Part shown: piece after piece, positions 38,523-51,864 of the stretch | Position numbering within the stretch: position 1 is the first letter of the stretch | Layout: every line of letters starts with the position of its first letter | NCBI RefSeq assembly: GCF_036321535.1 | Contig: NC_087472.1 | Coordinates: forward strand, 99,946,001 to 100,010,000 | Source of the DNA: Camelus dromedarius | Lineage: Eukaryota | Length of the DNA: 64,000 nt | Direction of reading: 5' to 3' | Notes under the pieces: model-generated | What the model was told of the DNA's origin: nothing | The model's database searches: none | The model's input: the letters and a program-made list of their open reading frames with translations, nothing else | Translations under genes and position numbers: made by a program

Positions 38523-39973
38523 GTGAGTGACCTTTAACAGCAGGAGGCAATTGTAAAGACAAGATCTGGGTACTTGTGGTTTTTGATGCAGCTGCACTTT
38601 CCCGAGCTGCTCATGCTTCTGCCAAGTGTCTGTGTGAATTTCTGATCCAAGGACATGGACTTATTTGCCTGAGATAAGTGCCGTCTCCTTGGTGTGTGCT
38701 GCAGAAGCATTCCCATCACCAGCCCCCGGTGCTGTCTTGTTTGCTTTGTGCCTCTATCATGTGTGTGACATGCGTGCATGAACCATGCGTGCAGAGAAGG
38801 GCTCAGTGACATTTGTCATGGCATATGTATTCGTACCAGTATCTCTGGGCTTCTGGGGTGGTGTAAGATGGCTTCCCGTGGAGATGTCACCCTCTCGTGG
38901 TTATTGCTTTTACTGAGCGGGTCATTGGAAACCAACAAGTTGTTTCTTCATCGCGTGATTCAAAGAAAGAAGAACTTGGCGTGACAAGTCCATGCCTGAG
39001 AGGGTGTTTTGCTTTGCTCATTTAGCCAATCACCACACGGCAGACTTCTTTTGGCAGGATCAGCGTGTAGCCTTTTGTGCTGTGAAATAAAGCTGCCAAA
39101 AGTTGAGGGAAAGGAGACGAATGAGGTTAATGAATGAATCTCGTCAAGTTCTTAGAACAGTCCTGCTGCACAGGAAGCATTACACGTGTGAGTGTAAAAT
39201 TGAAAATAAATAAAAATGGCTCACGGGTCTGAATTGATCAGTGCTGGACTAGCAAGGAAATTATTGGAAATGATGCTTGTATAATTTGGCCTGTTATAGG
39301 ACTGGCCAAAGCACACTTAAGGAAGCTTTGTTCTTTTTTCACCTGGAAAGAAAGGTGTACATCCACCTTAGTGTGCATGTACACATAGGCATACATAGAC
39401 ACAAGTGAGGAAAGAGAAGGCTCAGATGTGAACAGCAGAGCCACACTTCTCAAACTGTGTGCGGTGAAGTGTCTTTTTATTTCCATTCCCCTGTGGCCAG
39501 ATACCTGGTCCTGCTATACGTGCCTTCACTACGCATGCGCTATACCACCTGCGCCTCCCCGTGGTAGTAGACGGACCAAGGTTGGTCTGTGCCCTGTTTA
39601 CCTAGATGAGTCCGCTGGCTACACGTCTGGAAGTCGCCCCAGCACACACTGCTATAAGCATTTCCAAACACGGACACTTTCTGTGCTTGTGTCGCTGTGT
39701 ACAGTAACGAACCCTTCATGAACTGGCCCCAGTCCATGGACCACACTTGGGTTGCACTGCCCTTGAGTGTCACCTGGCGTTCTGAGCATGACACAGGGAC
39801 ATTTTACACAATACTGTGTGTAATGGGCACCAGTAGCTATAAGATACAGCACCAAACAGATGTGAAAAGGGAAGGCCACCTTTCTTTTCCTCCAAAGGAA
39901 AGGAACTAGATTTTGAGTTATTTCATCAATCCAGATACTCAGATATTTAGTTTACATAGTACTTAAAAGTGAT

Positions 39974-40110
39974 GGGGGGAGGGTAGAGCGCACTGGTAGA
40001 GCACATGCTTAGCATACTCAGGTCCTGGGTTCAACCCCTCTTACCTCCGTTAAAAATAAACAAATGAACAAACAAACCTAATTACCTCCCCCCAAGCCAA
40101 AAAAAAAAAA
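39974..40110 (+). mobile_element. tRNA-Ala-derived camelid SINE (vic-1 type), with tail
   Basis: ggggggagggtagagcgcactggtagagcacatgcttagcat...ggtcctgggttcaacccc...acctcc, then (aaac)n, cctaattacctccccc and an A-tail. Confidence 0.85.
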
Positions 40111-42245
40111 TGACAGAAGCAGGCTGCCATAATTTCCAGAGAAATATCTGCCATGTGTTTCCTTCCCAGCCCATGCTTGTGTGGTTGAGTGACCATGCAA
40201 CCTCTCCCTGTGTAACATAAAGAGTATTTCTCACAATGATTGATATGAAATTAGCAAGATGAGCCCAGAAGGCAGCGAAATCCTAAAACCAGAAGCCCAG
40301 TGAAATCAGAGTAGCAATGGTTGAAAATATTGCGGTTCTAGCTAATGAGGAATGATAAAAGAATCCTTCAAATTCTTCTCTTTGAAGAACTAAAACAGAC
40401 TTGCCCTAATCCATTTGCCCTGCTGCCTTCTGCTGGTGGTGGTGGTGATGGTGGGGGTGGGGTGGGAGGAACATGGGATGGTTTCTTTTCACTAACCATT
40501 TCTTTATTCCACTCTGAAATTCTTCTTTCCAAACCAGAAAAGAATATACAAGCCATTTATCACACAGAAAGAATCCATACGGCAAAATGAGAACATGTTA
40601 AAGGGGAAATGACACAATATTTAGACTCCAAAATTATATCTCCAGCAGGGATATTTCCAAAAACAATGAACAGATAAACACACGGATGGATAGCTAATCC
40701 AGGGAGGTCTCCATGTTTGCACACTCGAATCTAGTCCTGCAAATTGCAGCCGACCCCCTTGTGGTAGGCTGTTCCTCATTGTTCTGCCCTCTGCTCTTGC
40801 TCACAAGTGCTGTTCTTTAGTTAATTAAAATGTACACCAGGGATTCCCCACCTCTTTTGGCTTATAAATACCATTTTATTGAAAATAGCAGCAGCAACAA
40901 ACACAGCCATTGTTTAAAGGATTTGATTTTAAAACTTGTTAGCAATTTATAATGACCTTTCTATGTTTTCTGTTTTCATTTAACAGTTTCTTCCTGCACT
41001 GAGACTTCTTTATTTGAGTGACTGCAACATTTTATGACATTTTATGTGAGCAGTTATTTGGTGTATCATTCTGATGTACTAGGAGGCCACCTTACCTATA
41101 AGAAGATAATGTACACTGTGGCTAATAGAGTACAAAATTTGATGGTGTACTTTCATCCCAAGGGTATCGTTGTCATCCAGAGATACACAGTCAATGTTCA
41201 GGAGCTATTCTACACATCTAGAGGCTTTTAGAGACAGGCTTAATGGCAGACTTTCCATAAAATATCCTTTGAATCCTGCCCTTTGATGGCATGACTAATG
41301 TACTGACCATCAAAGTAAAAATGTATACCCAGAAATTAACTAGAAACAAATAGGCTCTCCTTTTAGGAACATGATTGTGGGCAGATCCTGGGGAATAAAG
41401 AATCTGGGGAGGTAAGTGTCCATGTTGTCTTGCTGATAACTATTTTATGACTTCCAGCACATGCCACCGGAGGTCATAGGACAGGTGTCATGTCCCCACA
41501 GTGTTCTTATTTGGAAAGGAGTTCAGCTCTGGGGAAACGTGGCTATTAGATGAGGGAAGGATTCTAGCCTCCAGGAGGGCAGCTTCCTTTCCCACTTTAA
41601 CAAATACAGTCATTTTGCCAGTGAAAGTGTTTCAATGTCAAGTCTGGCTTAATGCTTTCCTAGAGAAACATGTCTGCGTGCATTTATTCCTTGTGAAGCC
41701 ATCCAAAGAGATTTCATTCTTTTGGCAGTCAAAATTTTGTGTGGTTTCTTTAATTGCTAATATGTTTAAATGGTTTTTAGCTTTACAGTTTCCCTTTAGG
41801 AAATGTTACTTTCAGTGCTAATTGCTAATTGACATGAGTCATAGAGATTTGAGGTACAGTATGTGGTATTGACTGGGCGAGGAGGTGAGGAGGGGGTGGG
41901 AAGGGTTGTTACTGCACAGATTGTAGCAAAACAAATTTGGCTGAGAACCAGGCTCCAGCTAAAGAGAGGTGAAATGTCACATGTACAGAGAGATCTGCCT
42001 TGAAATTAGATTTTCTGAAAAGTTTTGATTCACTTCTTAAAATTAAAATCTGGAGGTGGGGAGATGGGGCAAAACTCAGAGCCACGACTCCAGTGCAACA
42101 TATTCACACACTGAAAGGAAAAACCCCAGTGCAAGTTATCCATACCCAGTGACACTTTCAGCGGTGGTTCCTGGCTGACTATGAGATGCTTCACTGCTGT
42201 GGCTGATTTCTGAGCTCTTTCTTTCCCCATCCCCACTTTTGACAG

Positions 42246-42451
42246 GTTTAAGGGAAACTACAGGCTCCGAGAGTGATGGGGGTGACTCGAGCAGTACCAA
42301 ATCCGAGGGTGCCAACGGGACAGTCGCAACTGCCGCAATCCAGCCGAAGAAAGTTAAGGGAGTGGGCTTTGGAGATATTTTCAAAGACAAGCCAATAAAA
42401 CTAAGACCAAGGTCGATTGAAGTAGAAAATGACTTTCTACCAGTGGAAAAG
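42246..42451 (+). CDS. SH3KBP1: SH3KBP1 coding exon (206 nt; SH3B-SH3C linker)
   Basis: Acceptor ctttccccatccccacttttgacag|GT; donor AAG|gtatgt; phase 1 to 0. Encodes (S)[68 protein letters not shown], recognisable CIN85 sequence. Confidence 0.97.
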
Positions 42452-43964
42452 GTATGTTCGACAGTTTCTGTTTTATTTCAGCATAATGTGGCGTATCCAA
42501 AATTACCTCTTAGGGCTGGGCATCTGAGACTTCCTGTGGCTCTTTTGGGGTTTCATTGTCCTCGTGTGCAGCTCTTCTTCTGTGTGGGTACACTTTTCCT
42601 CGAAAGGCTCATACCCTCGTTTGCTGCTGCTTTTCTTACTGATCACCTCTCTGTAGAATGTTTCTTAGGATGACTTTTCAAATAGACCAGCCCTTCTCTA
42701 TTTCCTTCTCAGAAAAGTCCCTGGACATGCTTGGACCCAGCTAAACCTATAACCTTGATACTTTTCAAGCACCCGCCCATCTCTCTCCTCTCCTTGTACG
42801 TTTCTCTGGTGCTTTGTGCTTGAGTGTGTTGACTGGTTCTGCAGTAGAGAAAGGGGTTGTGCATTTTTTCTCTCCGTGGTAGGTGGGACTGATTTCAGAC
42901 TGCCGCAAGAAGTCTCCTGCGTGTGTGAATGGTGGAGGTGGCCCACGCTGTGAATCCCTGGGTTGTTACCATCAGGAAGCTGGCTGTTTTCTCCTGCCCT
43001 TGGTTCTGGGTTAGCAAGAGGCAGACAGAGTGTTGCTGCTGAGTACGCGGTTGCCACAGCAACACACCCAGAGCCATCGTGCTTGTGGCTGTCAATGACG
43101 TCTACAGTGGTACACTTTTAAGCATCATAGCCTTGCTTAGGATTTGATAAATACTGTGGAATTTTCCAGATTGTAATAAGCTACACTCATGCTGTGCTTA
43201 AGGAATGTTTGTTAATTTGATTTAGTGTTGAAATTTTTGCTTTGACATTTGTGCCAGCCGGCTCGGGGGATGGGACATTGGCAACATCTCTAATGCAGGT
43301 TTATTGGTGGCTTTTAAATGTGTTTCATTTTTCGGTAAGATGAATTTTTAAAAGTTACATCATCTTCTGCAGCTGTAGAACTTCCACCCACCTCCCACCC
43401 CCTCATCCCCCAGCAACCTTGCCCAGTGTCATCATGCATTAGAAACAGAATCTAGAATGGAAACTTTTTGGACACTTAACACCCCCAGAGATGAATAAGG
43501 CAGAAGGGGCAGATACTTAGAAATGAAGGACCGTTTCATTTAAACTTCTTTTGTTGAAGCTTCTCTGAGCCAGCATTGTTTCTTTCAGTAATTGATTTGG
43601 TATTTCTCAGGATCTGAAGACTATCTAGTTAGTACCCCAGGTTGTGAGTTCATTTCTGTTTCACATGGTCCTTTCCAGATTCCCATAAATATTTACAGAA
43701 GAGCAAGATCCCATCTTGGGAAGGAACGATGATGCAGTTTTTCTTCATTTTACTCAAGTGGTTGAAATGAATAGAACTCAGTCACCAAACAGTTAATTTC
43801 TGTTGTTTGTTTTATGATTCTTGATCTTGTTCTTCTCTGTGTAGGAGGACATTGTGTGTGTGTAACTTGTATTGTTGCTATTAATGTTTGGTTTAACCAC
43901 TAATAATAAATTGCTATTATTAATAGCAGTATCAGCAAAAAAGAAATATTCCCAAGTTGATACC

Positions 43965-44880
43965 TCAGCATGCTTCTCCTCTGCACCCCAGAGCCATGTG
44001 TCCAACTGCTGACTTGAACGTCTCCACTCGGAGATCTTCAATTCTCATCAGCTTGTCTAAACCTAAACTCATCATCGTCCCCCTGAAAGCACTCTGCCCA
44101 CAGCCTTCCCCATCTGAGTAGAAGGCAGTGTCTCCCCTCCTCCCATTGCTCAGGAGAAAAGCCCTAGGGTTGTCCCTGACTCCCATCTTGCTCTCACATC
44201 CCACACCTGATCTATCAGGCAACCCTATCAGCTCTGTCTCCTAAGTGCAGCTGGTACCCACCACAGCTCATCACCTCTGCTATCCTCCTGCTCTCTCGCC
44301 ATCACGGCAGTGACCTCCTAATAGGGCTTCTTTCTTCTCCCCTCCCCCTTCCCCAATCTAGTCTCAATATTGAAGCCAGGGTGATCCTTTGAAACCTTGA
44401 GGCAGATCATGCCACTCCTGCTCGCACGCCTGTAGAGGCTCCCCTGTGAACCAAAGTGAAAATCCCCAGTGAGGCCCAGGACCTGGGACGACCTGACCAT
44501 TATTACCACTCGGACCTCCTCCCTCACTGCTCTCTCCCCGCCTGCTCCATTCTGGCCGCCTCGTTCTTCCTCACACCTGCCAGGCACGCTCCCACTTGGG
44601 GACCTCTGCCACAGCAGTATCCCCTGCCTGGACGCTCTGTTCCCACCTGCCCACCTGGCTGCCTGCTCCTCCTCCCTGACTCCCACTCCTTCTGAAACTA
44701 CCCTCATGGCCCATCCCGCTTACTTGCACTGCATTTTTTGTTTTCCACAGCATGTACCCCCTACTAACAATGTTTTTTTTATTATGTTTAGTCTTTGTTC
44801 TGTTCACTACTGTATGCAGTGTGCTTAGAACAGTGTGTAGCACATAGTACGTGCTCAGTAAGTGTTAGTTAAATGAGTAA
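43965..44880 (+). mobile_element. L2 LINE 3' region
   Basis: atgtgtccaactgctgacttgaacgtctccact...gccagggtgatcctttgaaac...cagatcatg...gcacatagtacgtgctcagtaagtgttagttaaatgag (L2 tail). Confidence 0.8.
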
Positions 44881-45904
44881 TATTCAAACTGTATTAATAT
44901 AGCACTTTAGAGATTACAGGCATCTATAAAATGAGGGGTCTGGGTGGGATCAGATAACAGTTATTTAGTTGGACAGATAGTTGTTGCATGGTTCACTGCA
45001 TCTTTGTGAAACAGAAGATTTATTGCATTGGTCTTAGTGACATGAAATGTTAACTTCATCAGAATAATATATATACACACATACACATACATGCATGTGT
45101 GCATCTTGATTCACGATTTGTTCGCAGAATGAAACCATGTGCTGGCAGTTCCCTTAACCTGCTTCTCATTGTGAAGCCTCTGGGGAAAACATAAACTTCC
45201 CAGCCTGCTTAACTGGCTGCAGACAATTTTATGGCATCTGAGAGGATTCAGAGCTCTCTCCACCCCCTGTCGTTGGCGCCATGGATAGTTACATAGATTT
45301 ATGGGATCCATTATGTTATTGCACAACCTGGCATGGGAGCTGATGAGTGTGATAATGTTTTACTAGTGTACAACCTGGTTCTCATCACTTTTGAGATGAT
45401 TCTGTGTCCAAGATTTATGTTTAAGGAAGGAAGTTTGAGCTCACTGTTTGGATTGTGCGGAAGCGCAGACTGGATTGTATGTGACAGCATCTCTGTCAGG
45501 TGAAGCCCGAGCAGGTCTTCCACTCAGGCTGGGGCAGCGGAGCTTCTCACATAGCTTGTTTGATAACTTGCATAGGGGGAAAAGGACTATGATAATTATT
45601 AACAGCTGCAAGCATCCTAGTATACTTTCCGTTCCAGTTTGTGAAGTTTGGAGATCCATTTTTCTAAGTCGGTTGACAGTGTTGCCTTTATTTCACCCAC
45701 GCTTTCATCCCTGCCACCGTACCCAGAGTGCTGGGATGCTGACACCAGGAGAGAGCCTGTGTAAAGCACCCCACCAGCAACAAGCAAATAATGCATAGTC
45801 TCGCTTCTCTTATTGAGCTGTAAGGAAGGACCCCATTTATGAGTCTTTTTAATACTGCCATTTGGATACGCCTGTGAATGATTTGTTTAATGCACCATTT
45901 AATT

Positions 45905-46112
45905 GAAATATTTACAGATGAAATGATTTAATGTCTGGGATTTTGCTTCTAGTAATTTGGAAGATGGAAGGGTGGGTGGGGCACAGAGGAAACAAGAGTT
46001 GATTATCAGGAGTTGATAATTGTTGAAACTGGGTGGTGCATACATGGGGGTTCAGTACTCTGTACTCTGTTTTTGTGTATGTTGGAAATTTCCCTTGATA
46101 AAGAAAAAAAAA
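45905..46112 (+). mobile_element. Old L1M 3' end
   Basis: gaaatatttacagatgaaatgat...gttgataattgttgaaactgggtg...tacatgggggttca...A-tail. Confidence 0.7.
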
Positions 46113-46394
46113 AGAACCTTAGGTAAAAATGTACCATTTAAACTAAGCCCAGAGGTATGTGTTACATCAAAACAGTGGAAAATACAGTGTGGCTAAAGGT
46201 GAACCAAATTATGTATAATAAAATTAGAAGGGCGTGGTACCATTATCCTAGCTGGTTGACCTTGACAGTCACTTAGCCTCAATTGGATCATGTGTAAAAT
46301 GGGAATACTCTTTATACTTATCCTACCTCATAGGGCTTTTTAAAAAATGCTATATAGCTGAAAATACTTGGACACTGTAAATGAAACTCATTTC

Positions 46395-47040
46395 AACTAG
46401 TATTTATTGAGTACTCACTGTATGCTCAGCAGTGGAGGTAACACTGGTAAACAAGACCGGGTCACTACCCCTCCGGGAGCTGCAGAACAGTAAACAAGCG
46501 ATAGTAATACAGTGTGGGGAATGCCATGACCAAGTTGAGAACACAGTCCTGTGCCCTGGTAGCCTTTGGGCATGGCAGGAAGTGGCGAATTGTTAGGGAG
46601 GCTGGAGAGTGTGTATTCATGTATGTGTACCCACTTCCTACAGGAAGTGATGTTTAGACCTATTGGAAGGCCTATGTTTTTAGGCCTACAGGAAGTGATG
46701 TTTAGGCTGATAACCATTGGTCCAGTACGTAGTCATCAAGCAAACGATCTTAAGAGTTGTCCAGGTGGGGAGAGCAACATGTATAAATGCCTCAAAGGGA
46801 ACAGGAAATCGCCCAGAGTATGTGTTGAGGCTCTAGCCGGAAGTGGGGAAAGATGAGAATAGAGAAAAAAGCAGGGCCTGGTGAGACTTGTTCAGGAGTT
46901 TGGACTTGACTTTGAGGCAGTGGGGAGCTATCAATGGGGAAGTAGTTCTCAGCAAGAGAGTGACATGATCAGATAGGTGGTTTAGAGAAAATGTTCCAAG
47001 CTGCAGTAGGCAGAGTGGATTACAGAAGACAGGGTATCTA
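46395..47040 (-). mobile_element. Diverged L2 fragment, antisense
   Basis: tatttattgagtactcactgtatgc...ggagtttggact...tggggagcta...gagagtgacatgatcagat. Confidence 0.6.
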
Positions 47041-47159
47041 GAATTCAGGGGAGAGGTTAACAGAAACTTATATTGGCTCTCCCAATAAATGCCCCCCCAA
47101 TGTAGGCTCTAAACCAGTTAATGAATAAGATGAGTAAGTGGATGGAGAATCAAAATACT

Positions 47160-47640
47160 ATTTTTGTTCGTTTTTTTCCGTATGGATATCCAGTAGACTT
47201 AGCACTATTATATCAAAAAGATCACCCTTTCTGCAGTGCACAGACATATCACCTTTGTCATCATTTAAGTGGCTGTGTATGTGTCGGTCCATTTCCAGAC
47301 TCTGTTCTGTTGATCTGTTTGTCCTTGTGGCCATTTTATACTACTGTAACTACTGTAGCTTTATAGTCAGCCTTGGTATCTGGTAGTTTAAGTCCGCAAT
47401 CTTTGCTTCTCTTCTTCAAGATTTCTTGGGCTGTTCTTGTTCCCTTGTGTTTTAATATAAATTTTAGAATCAGCTTGTCATTCCCCCACCCCAAATCCTC
47501 AGGATTTTGATTGGGATTGCATTAACTCTATAGATACGTTTAGGGGAGCATTGGCGCCTTCCCAGTCTATGAACACGATATATTCATCTGCTTATGTAGG
47601 TCTTATTTCACTTTGTAAAACTTTCTCAAGTTATATTTTT
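47160..47640 (-). mobile_element. Old L1 ORF2 fragment, antisense
   Basis: atggatatccagt...tactgtagctttatagt...tataaattttagaatcagcttgtca...ggattttgattgggattgcatt. Confidence 0.75.
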
Positions 47641-48129
47641 ATGATTTGCACATCTTTCTCTACTTGTGTTACGTTGCACTGTTGTTGCTGATGGAGGCAA
47701 AGTCTGAGGGTATATAGATTAGGGTAAGAGCCAAATGGGCCTACCGGTTGATCTCCAGAATTAGGCAAACTCACCCACCCAGTCTCAGCAACACTGAAGT
47801 CGGGCAGACCCATGTGAGGTAGAAGGGCCTGCCCTGTAGGGAACAGCAGAGAAGGCCACCTTCAAAGAGGAGGAAAGAAAAGAGCTGAGCTGAAGATGCC
47901 CAGTTTGTTTCTTCTAAATTCACGTATCAGAGAAGTCATTTCACTCTTGCAGGAGACAGTAAATAGGGGGACAGAGAGTTCCAGGAGTGTTCAGTTCTGT
48001 CCAGAGGCCACGAGTATCCAGAGAACGTCTATTTGGATTCCTCTTTACGTGGAAGGAAGCATCAAGATAAGAGAAGCAGCTTTTCTCTCTAATAAACGTT
48101 TTGGGGGAAAATTTTGGAGGTAGAATGAA

Positions 48130-48440
48130 GAAGTTTGATAGCATGTGGGGGATGGATAAAGGGGAGGGACGACTGGAAGATGATGCCTTGGGCAACTGAC
48201 TTCAGCAGCTGGCTGGATGGCAGTATCATTCCCTGATTAGAGAACACTGGCGGAGAAAGATATTTGGGGTGGAAGGTTGTGAGTTCAGTTTTCGACTAGC
48301 TGAATTTTGAGGTACTTGTGGGACCATCAAGTGGAGGCATCCGTTAGGCAGTTGGATAAATAAGCCTGGTAATGGGGAGAGAACTGAAGATGTAGGGTTT
48401 GGAGTCATCCATCTAGAGATTGGGTTGGAAGACTATAAGC
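48130..48440 (-). mobile_element. Diverged L2 fragment, antisense
   Basis: gagttcagttttcgac...tgaattttgaggt...catcaagtggag...aggcagttggata...tttggagtcatc. Confidence 0.6.
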
Positions 48441-49859
48441 TAGAAGGCAACCCAGACAGGACCTTATTCTCATGAATATGGCTGATACCTTGTCTCCTAC
48501 CTGTGGACCTGAGAGGGAACTTCCTCATCAGGCTGCTTCCCTGTGACCCCAGCCTGGCCTTACTATTTTTCTGAACTCCTTGCCTTCTCATGAGTCACTC
48601 AGATGATCACTCCTGGCCAAATACTTCAGGGAAGGAGTGTCAGGTATTACACATGGGTAGATATATTACAGATGCTCAGGTGAGTCCCAGGACCCACCTA
48701 ACCTGATAAGTCTTTTGTAAAATAATCCTGGCTTTTCACTGCCAGCTGATTCCACGCTTAAGTTCTCTAGACACAAGTAGTCTTGGCCCCTTTAATTATT
48801 GAGGAAAGCAGTCTTTTTGGCCTGGGCTCTTCAAACAGCCAGACTGGGGAAGATATTTTTCCAGGCTGGTTGTTTACTCGACTGGATTCCCTATGAAGAA
48901 ATGCTTCAGGAAGCTCCATGGTCCTTCTGTCTTAGTTGATTTCCATTAGTGACTTCTGACACTTTTGCAGTGATTCTGTTTTCTTTCTACGTTTTCTGCT
49001 AAGTTCCATAACTAGACATTGTCTCTTTTTCAGCTCTCATCATCTTGAATCTCATTTATAGAATCACAGTCATCCAAATTAATGCCTTTAATATCAATAT
49101 TGTAGCTTTTACATGAGAATTAGAGAATTAGAATTACAGTCACATACAGATGAACTACTAATCAATTTTTTTAATCAGTCAAATTACAGGAAGAGAAATT
49201 TTAACATCGTCACCCATAACTCAGGCAGTCTTTTTATCCATACCAGTAAAAATTCATCAAGATGTGTGCTTATGTAAAATTAAAACATGTAAACATCTAA
49301 AGTGATGATCCTAGTTCCTTAAAAATGAGAAATTTATGTCTCTAATCCTTTGAAGACTAGAAATAAGCTCTGGGGAATTTCCAGGAGCTAATGGTATATG
49401 CTTTGACTAATGAAACATAACTGGGTCAAAACCTTGTTGTGATGATCTGAGACCTGTAGTATTGGATGTCTCTCATAGTGGTTGAAAGATAAGGTTATGT
49501 GACATCTCTTGAGCAGTTGAAAGACCCATGATTTTCAACGAGCAGATGCTACTAAGATGCCCACCGTTTGCCTGGGCTGAATGAAGGGTCTTGGATTTTC
49601 AGACTTCAGTTTATGTGTTAATGGTTCCTTGCCTAGGAAGAGTCAGGAGGGAGCTGGTGGTGGGAAAAGGGAAGCAAAAACAGTATACAGGGTTACTCTT
49701 TGACGTGTTAGGTGTTGTTTACTGTTTTATGTATGTTTGATGCATACTTTCTAAAACATTCAGCTTAGTGTATTTTCTAAAAAGTGTTTAATTGCAGCAG
49801 GTGGTCACCAAGAATCACCTTCTCAGGAGGCCTTAAAATTGTGTTTTTAGAAATACGGT

Positions 49860-50082
49860 GGTCATTAAGCATGCAGGACACACTGCCTGGGTTCACATGC
49901 CAACTATGCCTCTTCCTGGGGCAGATTATTTAAGCACTCAGTGTTTTAGATTCCTCATCTGTAAAATCAGAATAGCAAGAGGACCTGGCCCATATGGTTG
50001 TTAAGAGAATTAAGTAACACAAAAAATGGATACAGTGCCTGGCATATAATAATCACTTGATTAACGTTAGTAGTTATTATTG
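49860..50082 (+). mobile_element. MIR SINE
   Basis: ctgcctgggttca...ttcctcatctgtaaaat...acagtgcctggcatata...gttagtagttattatt. Confidence 0.75.
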
Positions 50083-50839
50083 TTGCCTTTCTGGTTATTA
50101 GAACAGAAGGCATGCCTATAAAAAGCAATGCAGTTTCCAGGATCATTTCTTTACCTTTTTATTAAGGGTAATTTAAAACTCGGAGATGTAGAAATGAATT
50201 TTGCTGCATCTGTGGTAGCTGTTTGTTTGACATCACCAAGTATTCAGTATCAGCCACTAGAAAGTAAGGGCACGGTTTTGGACCTTGTCTTTGTTAGTCA
50301 CCACTGTATTGACAGTTCCTTGGAAAATCATTGTTAAACTAAACCTGGCCCTCAGTCAATATTTTGTGACCAAGTATGTGAAGATAACGTTTTGTCCTAA
50401 TCCAGTCACCATTGTACAGGAAGACTTATTCTGTTTGGGGACTGCTTGTAGTCTGGCTAGAGATTTACTTTTCCATTTGTTTGTTAATTGGCTCATTCCT
50501 GCATTCCCTGAAGCTTTATTGAATGTATTTTATGGATCAGCAGTGACAGCTCTGGAATTTCTAGATAAATGAGCTGAGGAATGGCAGTCCATTTGGATAA
50601 GGATTGGCTAGGCGGCTTGCCTGGATGCTGTGTTAGCATAATTTGTGCAGATTTTTCACCTGACAGGTTATTTGTATGGGGGTGGGGGGAGTCTGGTGTA
50701 GTTAATTGGAATGAAGTTAACGCCTCCTCCCACACCTCACGCCTGAGATCATCTGTCACATACTGGCCTCTCATTTAGCGCTTCTGATTGTGCCCACATG
50801 GGAGAGAAGTGGGCATGTAGTAAAGTCATTATCGTGCAG

Positions 50840-50993
50840 AGAGTGTAGCTCAGTGGTAGAGTGTGTGCTTAGCATGCATGCGTTTCTGGGTTAAATCCCT
50901 AGTACCTCCATTAAATTTTTTTAATTTTTAAAAAAGAAAAAAAATGTTACCCTTTGTAAGTTAAAAAAGAAAGCAAAAATATATATGTAAAAA
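50840..50993 (+). mobile_element. tRNA-Ala-derived camelid SINE (vic-1 type) with TSD
   Basis: gtgtagctcagtggtagagtgtgtgcttagcatgcatg...ccctagtacctccattaaa and an A-rich tail. TSD aaagtcattat(cg/ga)tgcag at 50822-50839 and 50994-51011. Confidence 0.88.
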
Positions 50994-51864
50994 AAAGTCA
51001 TTATGATGCAGGGGAAGTAGACTGGCAGAGGTATGTCCAAAACATCAAAGAGAACAGAGGAAGGACAATAGAGAATCTGCCTTTCCTGGAAGTCCAGAAG
51101 GAAGGGGTGGGATGTCGGGGAGATCTTTTCAAGAAAAGTGATGTTTGAGCAAAGTGTTAAAAGGTAACTGGGGTCCGTGGTGCCGGCAGTGTGTACATGG
51201 ACAAGGAGAGAGTGGTTATGGAGAAGGGCTGGCTTTGGCTGGAGTGCAGGGGATGTGGGATTGGGGGGCAGTTGGAGGGGAGCCTGAGCCTCTTCCCCCA
51301 GGTCTCTGGCAGTCCACTCTCAAGCTGTGCTTCTGGGTGGGCTGGCAAGTTGGGGGAGGGGTTCCCTCGGGCCATGTAATGATCAGATTGGCACTTTAGA
51401 GAGATAACTGGGGAGGTGCTGGGCAGTGTGGACTGGAGTTGGGAGAGGAAGTCTCTGGGAGAGTTGCCAGTCCCAGGGCTCCGTGGTTGATGACTAATTG
51501 GCCAGGCACCAGGAACTTCTAGTAGCTCTTGGAAAGGGGCAGATGGGCCCACCTCATGCACACTCTTTGAGTTGGGCCGCCGTAGCCTGGGTTGGCAGCA
51601 GAACTGACAGAAGAGCCAAGTTTCCTTTCAAAGAAAACTCTTTTGTGTATTATGGAAAGCAAAAAGCCAGGAGTCAGCGTTCGACTATCTATGTTAAGAG
51701 CCAGGCTCAGGATAAAAAGATTAAAAAAATGAAATTGGGAGGGCCTTGTTAAGTACATTTATGTATATATACTCATGAGCAGCATCATGGGTGTCTATAA
51801 ATCGCACGTATACATTTATTTATTTATGTATATGTGCACATTCAGACTTATCTTCTGAATTTGT

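Noticed and set aside
42239..42673. 144-aa ORF as a stand-alone protein
   Set aside because: Similarity to CIN85 stops exactly at the donor at 42451/42452; the remainder is intron read-through.
46637..46705. CRISPR-like repeat-spacer unit
   Set aside because: Only two copies, mammalian intron context and no cas genes; it is a local duplication.
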